Part shown: positions 11,266 to 22,819 of the stretch, piece after piece
Layout: every line of letters starts with the position of its first letter
Position numbering within the stretch: the stretch's first letter is position 1
Translations under genes and position numbers: made by a program
The notes under the pieces: model-generated
Told to the model about the DNA's origin: nothing
The model's database searches: none
The model's input: the letters and a program-made list of their open reading frames with translations, nothing else
Source of the DNA: Octopus vulgaris
Lineage: Eukaryota
DNA: 64,000 nucleotides
Reading direction: 5' to 3'
Assembly (NCBI GenBank): GCA_951406725.2
Contig: OX597830.1
Coordinates: 32,674,001 to 32,738,000 of the forward strand

Positions 11266-11569
11266 TTTTATTTGTTTTTTTTGGTTTAAATTAGAAGCAA
11301 GCTTTATAGAATTAGCAACAGCACCTTCATACACAAGGTAAACAACATTATACAAACATGACTACTAACTAGCATGAGTAGTAATTATAAATGCTACAAA
11401 CACACATCCTATTTTATAATTGGGCATCACCAGTTTACCAATATTCCCTGCTGTTTACCTCACCAGTATTCACTGTCACAGCTGGCAGTGACAAAACTCA
11501 CAACCGTTATTAGATCTCCTGCATATCACAAACACACATATATATACATATATATACATATATATATAC

Positions 11570-11634
<65 letters not shown>

Positions 11635-11767
11635 AGACCAAGTGTATGTGTTTGTGCTTCCACATACACACACACATATATATATATATACATGTACACA
11701 CACACATATATATTTATATATATATAGATAGATAGATATAAGTATGATAGATAGATATAATATATGA

Positions 11768-11845
<78 letters not shown>

Positions 11846-12259
11846 ATATATATATAACTATATATATGTCAGATGACGAAAATGTGTGCTCAAAAGCGCA
11901 CTGTTGGATATAATTTCTTTATTTGTGAATTAAGGCTACCATTGTTTTCATGTTAAGAAAAGTAGGAAAATATCCTAGTGTCTTAACAATTTTTCAAGCC
12001 GATTGCATGAAGAAAGGTGTTTGCATCCATTTATATATACTACACACACACACACATCTATTATTTGTGTGTGTGTGTGGGGGGGAGATAACAAGGCATC
12101 CTGTGGTCTCATGTGAAGAGATTCTCATAACTGTTTATGGAAGTGTTCGTACTTATCTCCATATAAAGTATATAAAAAAAGTGAGGTGAGAGAGAATAGC
12201 TGTTTATGTATGTATTCATGTATGTATGTATGCATGTATGATATACTGGAATAGTATAG

Positions 12260-12610
12260 TTTGTTTGAAGCATTTTTTAAAGCCAAAGTGCAATGTGAGT
12301 TATATAAAATGATACAAGTTTACAATTTGTATTTTTACCTTGTATTTCAATAATTTGGGCTTAAGACCCCTTTTTCAGGAAATCTTTGGAGAGATGGTGT
12401 TTTGATCTGACTTTCTTGTTTTGTAGTGTGTGTATATGAAGAATTTCTTGGCATGCATAGGACAGCTTTGCTATAGTAGCCAATCAGTTGAGTCCAGTTT
12501 GGTCCTGTTGTTAATATTTGGATTGGTCTAGTTAATCATGATCATTTCTTTTATACTCAGGTTTCCAATATTTAATTCCGTAACTTCAATGGAATTCTGA
12601 ATGTCATGTA
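12260..12610 (-). mobile_element. Penelope-like element remnant (end of GIY-YIG domain plus pseudo-LTR)
   Basis: Minus strand NIGNLSIKEMIMIN*TNPNINNRTKL aligns with NRSNLRITEVILIHQRKPNINN*REL at 61753-61850; followed by CCTGAAAAAGGGGTCTTAAGCCCAAATTATTGAAATACAAGGTAA, similar to 62158-62202. Confidence 0.65.
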
Positions 12611-12683
12611 ACATATATGGTTACAGATAATTAATTATAGATATATAATTAATTATCTATAACCATACATGTATGAATATTTA

Positions 12684-12750
<67 letters not shown>

Positions 12751-12823
12751 ATATATATATATATTCAAATGTGTGTGTATTTTGTTTTATATTTATATTT
12801 ATATTTTTATGATTGTACTTTAT

Positions 12824-12951
12824 AATCTCTGACGAGGCCTAAAGATATATATAAGTACCTCATTTTCAACTGCCTATTACCTCAATACACTTGACTAATA
12901 TAGGTAGAATGAGATGCTTTTATCTATGGGCTGAAACAGCTGTAAGTGATT
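12824..12951 (+). ncRNA. Type I hammerhead ribozyme-like motif with very long stem II
   Basis: CTGACGA (12829-35), GGCCTAAAGATA.../...TATCTATGGGCT stem, GAAAC (12933-37), AGCT, GTA (12942-44); ACAGCTGT is palindromic; stem I is imperfect. Confidence 0.6.
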
Positions 12952-13302
12952 TTAATAATTCATATTTACGTTTTTTAATAATTGCTTGTATTCTTATTTT
13001 ATATGCATAGAATAATATGCTATATGTATGTTATCATAATTATCATTTTAATAAATAAATAAGTTAACATTTTAATGTCCTAAAGTTGATGAACCAACTA
13101 TTGTGCTTCTCCATTTTCTTATTTGCAATATAAATTAATGGTAAAATATCTCTTTACCTTCACCCATTTAATACACTAGGTAAGTTAATTGCAATGCAAT
13201 AAAAAACACTTGCGTATTAATAATTGGGTAATATACCAACAGTATATTGGATAGATATTATCCCTTAGAGGGTTGGACCCACAATCCCTAACTTTCTTGG
13301 AG

Positions 13303-13359
<57 letters not shown>

Positions 13360-13362
<3 letters not shown>

Positions 13363-13520
13363 GATGGGCTTCTTTCAGTTTCCATCCACCAAATTCACTC
13401 ATAAGGATTTGGTCAGCCCAAGGCTATAGTGGAAGACATTTGCCCAAGGTGACATGCAGTGGGACTGAACCAGGAACCATGTGCTTGTGAAGCAAGCTAC
13501 TTACCACACGACCATGCCTG
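13360..13520 (-). mobile_element. Family-A SINE 5' half
   Basis: Reverse complement of the tRNA-like head and central segment of 21268-21424. Confidence 0.85.
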
Positions 13521-14031
13521 ATGTACATTTTTCTATGATAGCATGAGTTGAGAAATACATACACACATATACACCTATATATATGTGCACATACACACAC
13601 ACATACACACAGTATAGTTAATTATGTACATGTATATATGTTTTGATAGATCCTGTTTTCAAAATCATGATTATGAAAATGCATACAATAGTAGAATGAA
13701 TATATAGATTAAGATACAATTGCAGTAAATGGCACACACACACACACGCACTCACACACACACGCACAAACACACACACGCACACACCTACACACACACA
13801 CACATGCATGCACAAGTAAATATGTGTTTGTTATGTGATATGCAATTTGCTTTTGTATAGATAAATGATAATTTTGCGATATTTGTTGTTGGAGTTAGTA
13901 TATACACAGATTCATATAAAATATATATATATATACATACACACATCATGTACTTATATAATTGTCTGTGAGCAAAGAAATGTTTGTAGTAAATATGTGT
14001 GGGCATGTTAATAGTTGTTATTTGATTCGGC

Positions 14032-14071
<40 letters not shown>

Positions 14072-14208
14072 GTCTACATGGATTATGTGACACGTGGTTG
14101 GATGAATAGTTTGGACATGTTTACAGGCATCTTTATGTTTATAGATATATCTACACATGTATATATACATGTATATATACATAGATACATACACAAACAC
14201 ACACACAT

Positions 14209-14259
<51 letters not shown>

Positions 14260-14724
14260 GACATATGTATGCATACATATACATAAATATCCATATAGAT
14301 ATATATATATATATATATATATATGAATGTATGCATGTGCATATATATATACATATATACATATATATATGCATGTATGTATGTATATGTTTATATGTGC
14401 ATATATAAATATATGTATTGTTGAAATTAGTATTTTTTTAGCATTTTTAACTTAAAGAATTTCACTGGCAACCCTTGATATTGTTGTGTACAACTAAAAA
14501 AATCTGCAGTAGTAACAAACAACAACAGCAACAACAACAACAACAGTAATAATCATGTTTTCAATCATAATCATCATCATTATCATTATAACAATAATAA
14601 TAATATTAATAATAATAATAATGTTTTAGGATTTTTGTTCTACCTATGTATCTAATATTTTTTTTATTGTTGGTGGGTGGGGGCAATCATTGAAAAACTA
14701 ATGATAATAATAATGATGATGATG

Positions 14725-14779
<55 letters not shown>

Positions 14780-14919
14780 TAATAATAATAATAATATTAA
14801 GCAAGAAAATCAATGCCATTACAGTTATTGTCTCTCAATTACACACTTTGTTCCTTTAATGCAAGCTATATTTAAAAATAATTTTTTGGATATACATACA
14901 AGCACACACACACACATAA

Positions 14920-14950
<31 letters not shown>

Positions 14951-15659
14951 TATACACACACACATATACACACACATATACATACATATATACATATATA
15001 AACATATATATGTGTGTGTGTATGTATGTATGTAAGTATATATTTATCTATGTGTATATATATACATATGTATATGTGTATGTATGTATATTCGTACATA
15101 CATATGTACACTGGTGATAATAGTTTTACATATACATATGTGTGTGTGAGTGTGTGTGTTTGAGCGTGTGTGTGTATGTATGTATGTGTGTGTGTGCATG
15201 TGAGTATATATATATATATATATGTCTTAAGAAAAACTCTTTCAAAACAATAAAAAAATAACTTGAATTAAAGGAACCAACTTGTAATACATATGTGTGT
15301 GGGGTGGTTGTGTATATAAATATTACACAAACACACACATGTGCACACAGAGAGTCACACTCACACACATACACACATGCACACATACACACATATACAT
15401 GTGTATGTATTTATGCATAGTTTTATATTTGTTTGAAACGAATTTAAAATCCAACCAGGCCATTATGTTTAAAATAAGTGGGTAGAATGATATTCTTGTT
15501 TTTCAGTGAGACAGAGAGCTCTCCTGTAAAGAACGAACATTTTGTTTGAAACACAAAGTGAATTCAAGAATTTTTAAGTCCTCACAACAATTCTTCTCAA
15601 TATTTCGATGTGAACAGAAATAAACTCTTACACATACATCCACACACAAACACACACAA

Positions 15660-15696
<37 letters not shown>

Positions 15697-15727
15697 CATG
15701 CATACATACATACACACACACACACAC

Positions 15728-15804
<77 letters not shown>

Positions 15805-15807
<3 letters not shown>

Positions 15808-16204
15808 TCTTTACTCTTTTTAATCTTTTACATGTTTCAGTCATTTGACTGCGGCCATGCTGGAGCACCGCCTTTAGTCGAGCAACTCGACCCCGGGACT
15901 TATTCTTTGTAAGCCCAGTACTTATTCTATCGGTCTCTTTTGCTGAACCGCTAAGTGACGGGGACGTAAACACACCAGCATCGGTTGTCAAGCAATGCTA
16001 GGGGTACAAACACATACACATACATACATATACATATATACGACAGGCTTCTTTCAGTTTCCGTCTACTTAATCCACTCACAAGGCATTGGTCGGCCCAG
16101 GGCTACAGCAGAAGACACTTGCCCAAGATGCCACACAGTGGGACTGAACCCGGAACCATGTGGTTGGTTAGCAAGCTACTTACGACACAGCCACTCCTGC
16201 GCCT
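15805..16204 (-). mobile_element. Full-length family-A tRNA-derived (CORE-like) SINE, young copy
   Basis: A box TGGCTGTGTCG, B box GGTTCAGTCCC, CORE-like CTTGGGCAAGTGTCTTCT, internal microsatellite, tail GACTGAAACA..TAAAAGA; many CpGs retained. Confidence 0.9.
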
Positions 16205-16207
16205 GCA

Positions 16208-16276
<69 letters not shown>

Positions 16277-16309
16277 TAAATATATATGTGTGTGTGTGTA
16301 TGTGTTGGT

Positions 16310-16511
16310 TGTAAATTTTGGCACTAGGCCAGCAATTTCAAAGTTGATTCCATCGACCCCAGTGTTCAACTGTCACTCATTTTATTGACCTTGAAAGAAT
16401 GAAAGGCAAAGCTGACTTTGGTGGAATTTGAACTCGGAACGTAAAGACAGATGAAATTCCTGTTGAGTATTTTGCCCAGCACATTAATGATTCTGCCAGC
16501 TCACCACCTTA
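16310..16511 (-). mobile_element. Family-B SINE, partial
   Basis: Reverse complement of GGTGAGCTGGCAGAATC...GAGTTCAAATTCCACC...CTTTGCCTTTCAT, shared with 61503-61740. Confidence 0.8.
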
Positions 16512-16796
16512 AATATATACATGTACGTATGCACACATGAACACACACACACATGCACACGTACGCACACATGCACACACACATATATGTACACACATAC
16601 ATATATGTACACACATACATATATATATATACATATTCATCTGTATAATATATATGTATATATATATGTACATACACTCACAGATATGTCTATATAAGTG
16701 TATAAATGCACGCATACAATTGTAAAGATATATATACATAAATACACAGACAAATATATCTATGTATGTATGTATATACCTATACATATAACATAT

Positions 16797-16847
<51 letters not shown>

Positions 16848-17425
16848 GTAATTAGTTGCCACCCTTGTTTTTCAGAATTTAACCTTTTGTAAATTTGGCC
16901 TCTGTAATGAGGTATGCAATTGGATGTGTGTTGACCTTTGGTATAATTAGTTTAAAACAAAGTTTATTCCTTTACATGTTCAATGGAACACAAGAAACAT
17001 GTTTAATTGTGTTTTTTTATATTTTTTCTTCCTTTTTTTTTTTCCTTTGTGTTTGTCTCTTTCTTTGTCTATTATCTATTTGTTGGGCTACGGTTAGGTT
17101 TAGGGTTGGCAAGAGATGTCAGGTTAAAATGTTTGAACCATATATCAATTGCACGTACACACACATACACACATTCACAGACACACACACATCGATTGCT
17201 TGTAATTCACACTCACACACTCACACATACATAGACACATACAGATGCTTGTGCCTACACATATGTGCACACCCATGCATTCACGTGCATCTGAATGCAC
17301 TCAAATACACAAGCGCATGCACTAAGGCCTACCCACTGTTAAACAAATGGCATAAAAACAGACACAAGCTTTAATGAGTCATCACTAACCAAATGCTTTA
17401 ACTTCCTCCATGGTATTTATTGGTG

Positions 17426-17735
17426 AAGGCACTCATAGCTTAGTGGTTTGGGTATTCGGTTCCCAAACATAAGGTCATGAGTTCAATTCCTGATGGTGTA
17501 TTGTGTCTTTAAGCAAGACACTTTATTTCTCATTGCTCCAGTCTACACAGCTGGTAAAAATAAATAGTACCGGTATTTCAAAGAGATAACCTTGTCACTT
17601 CTTGCGGGACACTGAATCTTCCTGAGAACTACATTAAGGGTACATGTGTCTGTGGAGTACTCAGCCACTTGCACATTAATTTCCCAAGCGTGCTGCAACA
17701 TTCATCAGAACAACTGAAACACTTGTTGTTGTCAT
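17426..17735 (+). mobile_element. tRNA-derived SINE (family D/E)
   Basis: A box TAGCTTAGTGG, B box GAGTTCAATTCC, followed by GCAAGACACTTTATTTCTCATTGCTCCAGT..CAGCTGG.AAAAAT, shared with 20810-20960. Confidence 0.75.
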
Positions 17736-17741
17736 GGTATT

Positions 17742-17959
17742 TATTCTTTTCTACTCTAGGTACAAGGACCTAAATTTTTGCGGAGAAAGCCAGTCGATTA
17801 GATTGACCCCAGTACGCAACTGGTGCTTAATTTATCAACCCTGAAATGATGAAAGGCAAAGTCGACCTCAGCAGAATTTGAACTCAGAAAGTAGAGACAA
17901 ACAAAATACTGCTAAGCATTTTACCCTGTGTGCTAACGCTTCTGCCAGCTTACCGCCTT
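17742..17959 (-). mobile_element. Family-B SINE
   Basis: Reverse complement of the family-B consensus (GCTGGCAGAAGCGTTAGCAC...CTGAGTTCAAATTCTGCTGAGGTCGACTTTGCCTTTCATC). Confidence 0.85.
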
Positions 17960-18439
17960 GTTGACATGGTATTTATTAATCATTAAAAATGTGTTACGTG
18001 CAAATCCAAACACCCAGTATTCAATAACATGGCAGTACTAAAGATAATAGCAGTGCTAATTGTGTTTTATTTAGGCACAAAGTCTGAAATTTGTGAGAAA
18101 TCTTTGATACCATGGTGGTGGTGGTGGTGGTAGTTGTTGTTTCTAATTTAGCCAAGGGCTTAAATTTTGACAGGAAAGTAACCATTTGAACCAACCCCAG
18201 TATTTAGTCAGTACTTTATTTGATCAAGAATGTAATTTCCTTATTTTCATGGCCTGCAGAGTTGATGAAGTGCTGTGAAACTACTGAAGGGTTAGTTGTT
18301 CATATGTAGACACTATCATTTGTGTCTACAGTCAAAATACTTTGGCATATTGACTTACACCCATCTATTCTTATCTAATCACTTTTATGTAGTTACATGT
18401 CAAGTACAGCAACGGCAACCTCAATATCAAAATCAATCA

Positions 18440-18782
18440 AATCAAATGGAAATTGTAGTTGTGACCCTCGTGCCGGTGGCACATAAAGAGCACCATCCGA
18501 ATATAGCCAATGCCTTGACTGGCTTCTGTGCTGGTGGCACATAAAAAGCACCATCTGATCATGGTTGATGCCAGCTACTCAGGCTCCTATGCCGGTGGCA
18601 TGTAAAAAGCATCCACTACACTCTCGGAGTCGTTGGTGTTAGGAAAAGCATCCAGCTGTAGAAACACTGCCATATCAGACTGGGGCCTGGTGCAGCCTCT
18701 TAACTTCCCAGACCCCAGCTGAACCGTCCAACCCATGCCAGCATGGAAAATGGACGTTAAATGATGATGATGATGATGATGA
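18440..18782 (+). mobile_element. Family-C SINE-like element with three internal GTGCCGGTGGCAC-type modules and (GAT)n tail
   Basis: Modules at ~18470, ~18528 and ~18590; 3' end GGACGTTAAATGATGATG. Confidence 0.85.
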
Positions 18783-18977
18783 CATTGGTGTGGTTTCATT
18801 AACCACAGCAAGCAACAGTAGTAGCTAATGATGGAACCACTATTGTCTCTCAGCTTGCTAAAAATAGAAGCCTTATTTCCCTCAATTTACAACTCATATA
18901 GCAAGTTTAATAATTCAATGATTGGTTCACTCATTGAAATTGATTGGCTTAAATAATTTCTATTGATCGAAGTATTA

Positions 18978-19176
18978 TTTTTCATCTTTTCACTTGTTTC
19001 AGTCATTGGAATGCAACCATACTGGGCCACTGCATTGAAGAGTTTAGTCAAACAAATCAACCCCAGTATTAGTTTTCTTATTCTATCAGTATCTTTTTGT
19101 CAAATGGCTAAGTTATGGGGGCATACACAAACCAACACTGTGCTTATCAAGCAGTGATGGGAGACAACTGAACACA

Positions 19177-19221
<45 letters not shown>

Positions 19222-19352
19222 CAGCTTTTAATTTTCATCTACCAAATCCACTCACAAAACTTTGGTCATCTAAGGCTATTGCAGAAGATACTTGCTTAAC
19301 CAAGGTGTCATGCAGCAGTACAACCTGAAATCACGTGGTTTGGAAGCAAAAT
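18978..19352 (-). mobile_element. Family-A SINE, older near-full-length copy
   Basis: Tail ACTTGTTTCAGTCATT, internal (CA)n, head remnants GCAGAAGATACTTGC...CACGTGGTTTGGAAGCAAA. Confidence 0.8.
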
Positions 19353-19449
19353 CTTTTAAAATATTGTGACTGCCCCAACATGACAGATTATTCAATTTTG
19401 ATAAACCTTGACCTCTTGTATTAGTAATTACAAAGACACCGATAATGTC

Positions 19450-19655
19450 TCTTTTGCTGAACCACTAGGACATGTGGATGTAAACACACCAACAGCAGTT
19501 GCCAAGTGTTCACGGGGGACAAACACACAGACACTTACACACACCCACAAATGTACACGCAAGCTTGCACACACATGATGGTCTTCTTTCAGTTTCTGTC
19601 TATCAAATCCACTCTTTGGTAAGCCTGAAATTATAGTAGAAGACACTTACCACAC
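19450..19655 (-). mobile_element. Family-A SINE fragment nested in the TIR element
   Basis: TCTTTTGCTGAACCACTAG...CTTCTTTCAGTTTCTGTCTATCAAATCCACTC...TATAGTAGAAGACACTT. Confidence 0.8.
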
Positions 19656-19839
19656 AGCCACATTTGTGCCTCTAAGAATCATAAACCTTACCATGTCCAA
19701 TATTCTGAAAGATGTCAAAAATTCAAAAATAGGACATACTTGCTCTCTCATTTTGTATAAATGGATGTGCAAATCACGACAGGGAGATATTAGGACAAAT
19801 TCACAAATCCTTGTGTCCATTGTTATATTATTGTATTTG

Positions 19840-20062
19840 TAAGGTGGCGAGCTGGCAGAATCGTTAAAACACTGGAGAAAATGCTTAGCGGCATTTCACC
19901 CATCACTATGTTCTGAGTTCAAGTTCTGCCCAGGTTGACTTTGTCTTTCATCCTTTTGGGGTCAATAAATTAAGTACCAGTGAAACACTGGGGGTGATGT
20001 AATCAACTAGTCTTCCCACCAATCAATTTTGGGTCCTTGTGCCTCCAGTAGAAAGGATTATA
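19840..20062 (+). mobile_element. Family-B SINE nested in the TIR element
   Basis: GGTGGCGAGCTGGCAGAATCGTTA...GTTCTGAGTTCAAGTTCTGCC...TAAGTACCAG...GTAGAAAGGATTA. Confidence 0.85.
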
Positions 20063-20809
20063 TTATTATATTTGTAAAACAATTTTGACATGTTGAGTGT
20101 ATCACTTACAAAGTTGAAGAGCATGGAGTCATAAAAAATTAAACATTTTGACACGTATGAGACAGTCAAAATTGAAACGTTAGCATTTTGACGGGTACAT
20201 GGTCATGCAAATTCATAATTTATGACAAGTTCAAAATCAAGAAAATTAGGAATTCTTCTAAGTTTACAGTCATCAACATTTTATATTTATTAGTTCCAGC
20301 CATAATGAAAATTACAAATTGTGACATATCAGGGAAACAAGTTGACAAATTTTTCCTGGTCAAAGGTCATTACTGTTACAATTTATGACATATTTCTGGA
20401 TGCCAGGACAATAAATTCCATCATACAAATGGTGCCATTGAAATTACGGGTTCTGACATTATTGGTGTCTTTGCAATTACTAATACAAGAGGTCAGGGTT
20501 TATCAAAATTGAATAATCTGTCATGTTGGGGCAGTCCCAATATTTCAAATATTTTTGGAAGGAGGAGTGGCTGGGAGACTAGATCAATTGGAATACTAAA
20601 TGCCTTAAACGATTAACTGTCCTTCCTGTATGTTACAAGTTCAAATACTACCACTGTCAGCTCATTTCTCTGAAGCTGCTGTTGTGTTGTTGTTGTTATT
20701 TAATCCAGATCAGAGCTTATGTAGAAGACCTATGTCCAATTTATTCAGACCATCACTATTCTGTCCTATCTTTCTCAGATTTCAGACATAATGTATCTAT
20801 GAAAACAGT

Positions 20810-21060
20810 GGAAGCTCATGGTTTAGTGGTTAGAGTGTTTGTTTTTTTATATTGTAAGATTGTGGTTTCAATTCCTGGACCAGCTAACACGCCGTGTTCT
20901 TGAGTGAAACACTTTGTTTCACATTGCTCCTGCCAACTCAGCTGGCAAAAATGAGTGATCCAGGGACAGATTGGTGTCCCATCCAGGTGGGGAATATACA
21001 TGTCATGGAAACTAGGAAACCAGAACTTATGGATTGGTATGGCTCAAGAAGGAAACTTTT
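20810..21060 (+). mobile_element. tRNA-derived SINE (family D)
   Basis: A box TGGTTTAGTGG, B box GGTTTCAATTCC, central GATTGGTGTCCCATCCAGGTGGGG...GAAACTAGGAAACC shared with 63478-63772. Confidence 0.75.
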
Positions 21061-21267
21061 TTTTATTTATAAAAACATTGATCAGTGCTTACTTCATTTT
21101 TAAAGACAGTAAAGTGTGATTTGACTAAGATTTGGCTGTCATTTTTGGCAGATGGATGGACCACATATAGGAGTCAGTGCTGGCTCATTTATCAGAACTT
21201 TTTACTGTTGTGATTACTCAGTTGCAAATCAACCTTTCTCAAATAATTTGTTGAATGAACTGACGTT

Positions 21268-21423
21268 GGAGCGGTTGTGTGGTAAGTAGCTTGCTTACCA
21301 ACCACATGGTTCTGGGTTCAGTTCCACTACATGGTAGCTTGGGCATGTGTCTTCTACTATAGCCTCAGGCCGACCAAAGCCTTGTGAGTGGATTTGATAG
21401 ACAGAAACTGAAAGAAGCCTGTC

Positions 21424-21491
<68 letters not shown>

Positions 21492-21710
21492 TTGTGTGTC
21501 TGTGTTTGTCCCCACAACATCGCTTGACAACAAATGCTGGTGTGTTTACATCCCCGTAACTTAGCGGTTCAGCAAAAGAGACTGATAGAATAAATACTAG
21601 GCTTACAAAGAATAAGTCCTGGGGTCGATTTGCTTGACTAAAGGTGGTGCTCCAGCATGGCCACAGTCAAATGACTGAAACAAGTAAAAGAATAAAAGAG
21701 TAAAAAGAGA
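21268..21710 (+). mobile_element. Full-length family-A tRNA-derived (CORE-like) SINE; reference copy
   Basis: Pol III A/B-box-like head (GGTTGTGTGGT; GGTTCAGTTCC), CTTGGGCATGTGTCTTCTACTATAGCCTCAGG core, internal (TA)n(TG)n, 3' GCTCCAGCATGGCCACAGTCAAATGACTGAAACAAG(TAAAAGA)n; more than 15 copies or fragments in the window. Confidence 0.92.
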
Positions 21711-22179
21711 CATTCCTGTTTCAAAAACCCTTTCATTTTCTCTAGGTTCAATGGACCCTAGAGCATATTAACCAATGTGTGCTCTTTTATATGAAATGTT
21801 TTGATGGGATTTGAGGTTAATTTAGCTACTATTTATCACAGGGTTATCAGCCACATAAAGCTGTCACTTGTAGAATCCTTTCTCTCTCTTTCTTTCTCTG
21901 AATATATATATAGAATGTGTATACCAGTAATATACTAGTCTTTATTGAACTGACATTATTCCCAAAATACAAAAATTAACATTTTGTCTCAATGTTAGGA
22001 ATTCTAACTTTTCTTTATAGATAACTGATCTTTAAAATATTGATTTTAGTATCAACAAAATGGAAAATCCAGACGTTTTTGGCATTGGTTGTTTTTTCTT
22101 AATTACAAATTCTAATATCAGAGTTGTCAGAATTAAAATAACGTGAAATATTTAATTACTATCAGTAGTTGAAAACATG

Positions 22180-22445
22180 GATCTGTGGTTAAGAAGTTCA
22201 ATTCAAAACCATGTGGTTTGAGTTCAGTCCCACACCATGGTACTTTGGAGAAAGTGTCTTCTACAATATCCCTACATTGGTCAAAGCCTTGTGGGTGGCT
22301 TTGGTCAATGGAAACTGAAAGAACATCATGCATGTGGTTTTGGGCTTCTATCCCACTTGAGTGATTGTCTTCTACAGCAGCCAAGGATTCATCAAGAGCA
22401 AAGTGAGTGGATATGGTAAATAGAAACTGACAAAAAGCCATCTTA
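22180..22445 (+). mobile_element. Two tandem degenerate family-A SINE heads
   Basis: CATGTGGTTT...GTCTTCTACA...GTGG.T.TGGT.AAT.GAAACTGA occurs twice. Confidence 0.65.
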
Positions 22446-22529
22446 TCTATGTGTGTGTGTGTGTGTGTGTGTGCATACACATCCGTCCATCCATCCATTC
22501 ATCCATCCAACTTTCTACTTATGTCAAGA

Positions 22530-22780
22530 AAGGATTTAAGATCAGCCCTGAATCATTGGCTCATAAGGCCAGTTCTTTGAATTTTGTGGTGTATATATTC
22601 CCAGCACCTGAATGGGATGCCAGTCCATTGTAAAGTTACTCATTTTTGTGAGCTGAGTAGAATGCAGCAATGTGTAATGAAGTATTTTGCTCAAGAACAC
22701 AATGCATTGCTTGCTCCAGGAATTGAAACCATAATCTTACAGCCATGAGTGCAACACCCTAATCACTAAACCATGCACAT
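22530..22780 (-). mobile_element. Family-D SINE
   Basis: Reverse complement of 20810-21060 (TGGGATGCCAGTCCATTG; CAGGAATTGAAACC; CACTAAACCATG). Confidence 0.75.
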
Positions 22781-22819
22781 GAGTGCCCACACACACATGC
22801 ACGGGCACACACAGACACG

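Larger units (their letters stand above)
19366..20538. mobile_element. Non-autonomous DNA transposon with ~84-bp TIRs; contains two nested SINEs
   Basis: G(T/G)GACTGCCCCAACATGACAGATTATTCAATTTTGATAAACC.TGACCTCTTGTATTAGTAATT.CAAAGACACC.ATAATGTC at 19366-19449 and inverted at 20455-20538 (about 4 mismatches); AATATT on both flanks. Confidence 0.85.

Noticed and set aside
11868-11910. CAGATGACGAAAATGTGTGCTCAAAAGCGCAC as a hammerhead
   Set aside because: Both core boxes are mismatched, so it cannot be supported without a family consensus.
21268-21345. tRNA gene (also the other A/B-box heads)
   Set aside because: No cloverleaf or acceptor stem; the sequence continues into a SINE body.
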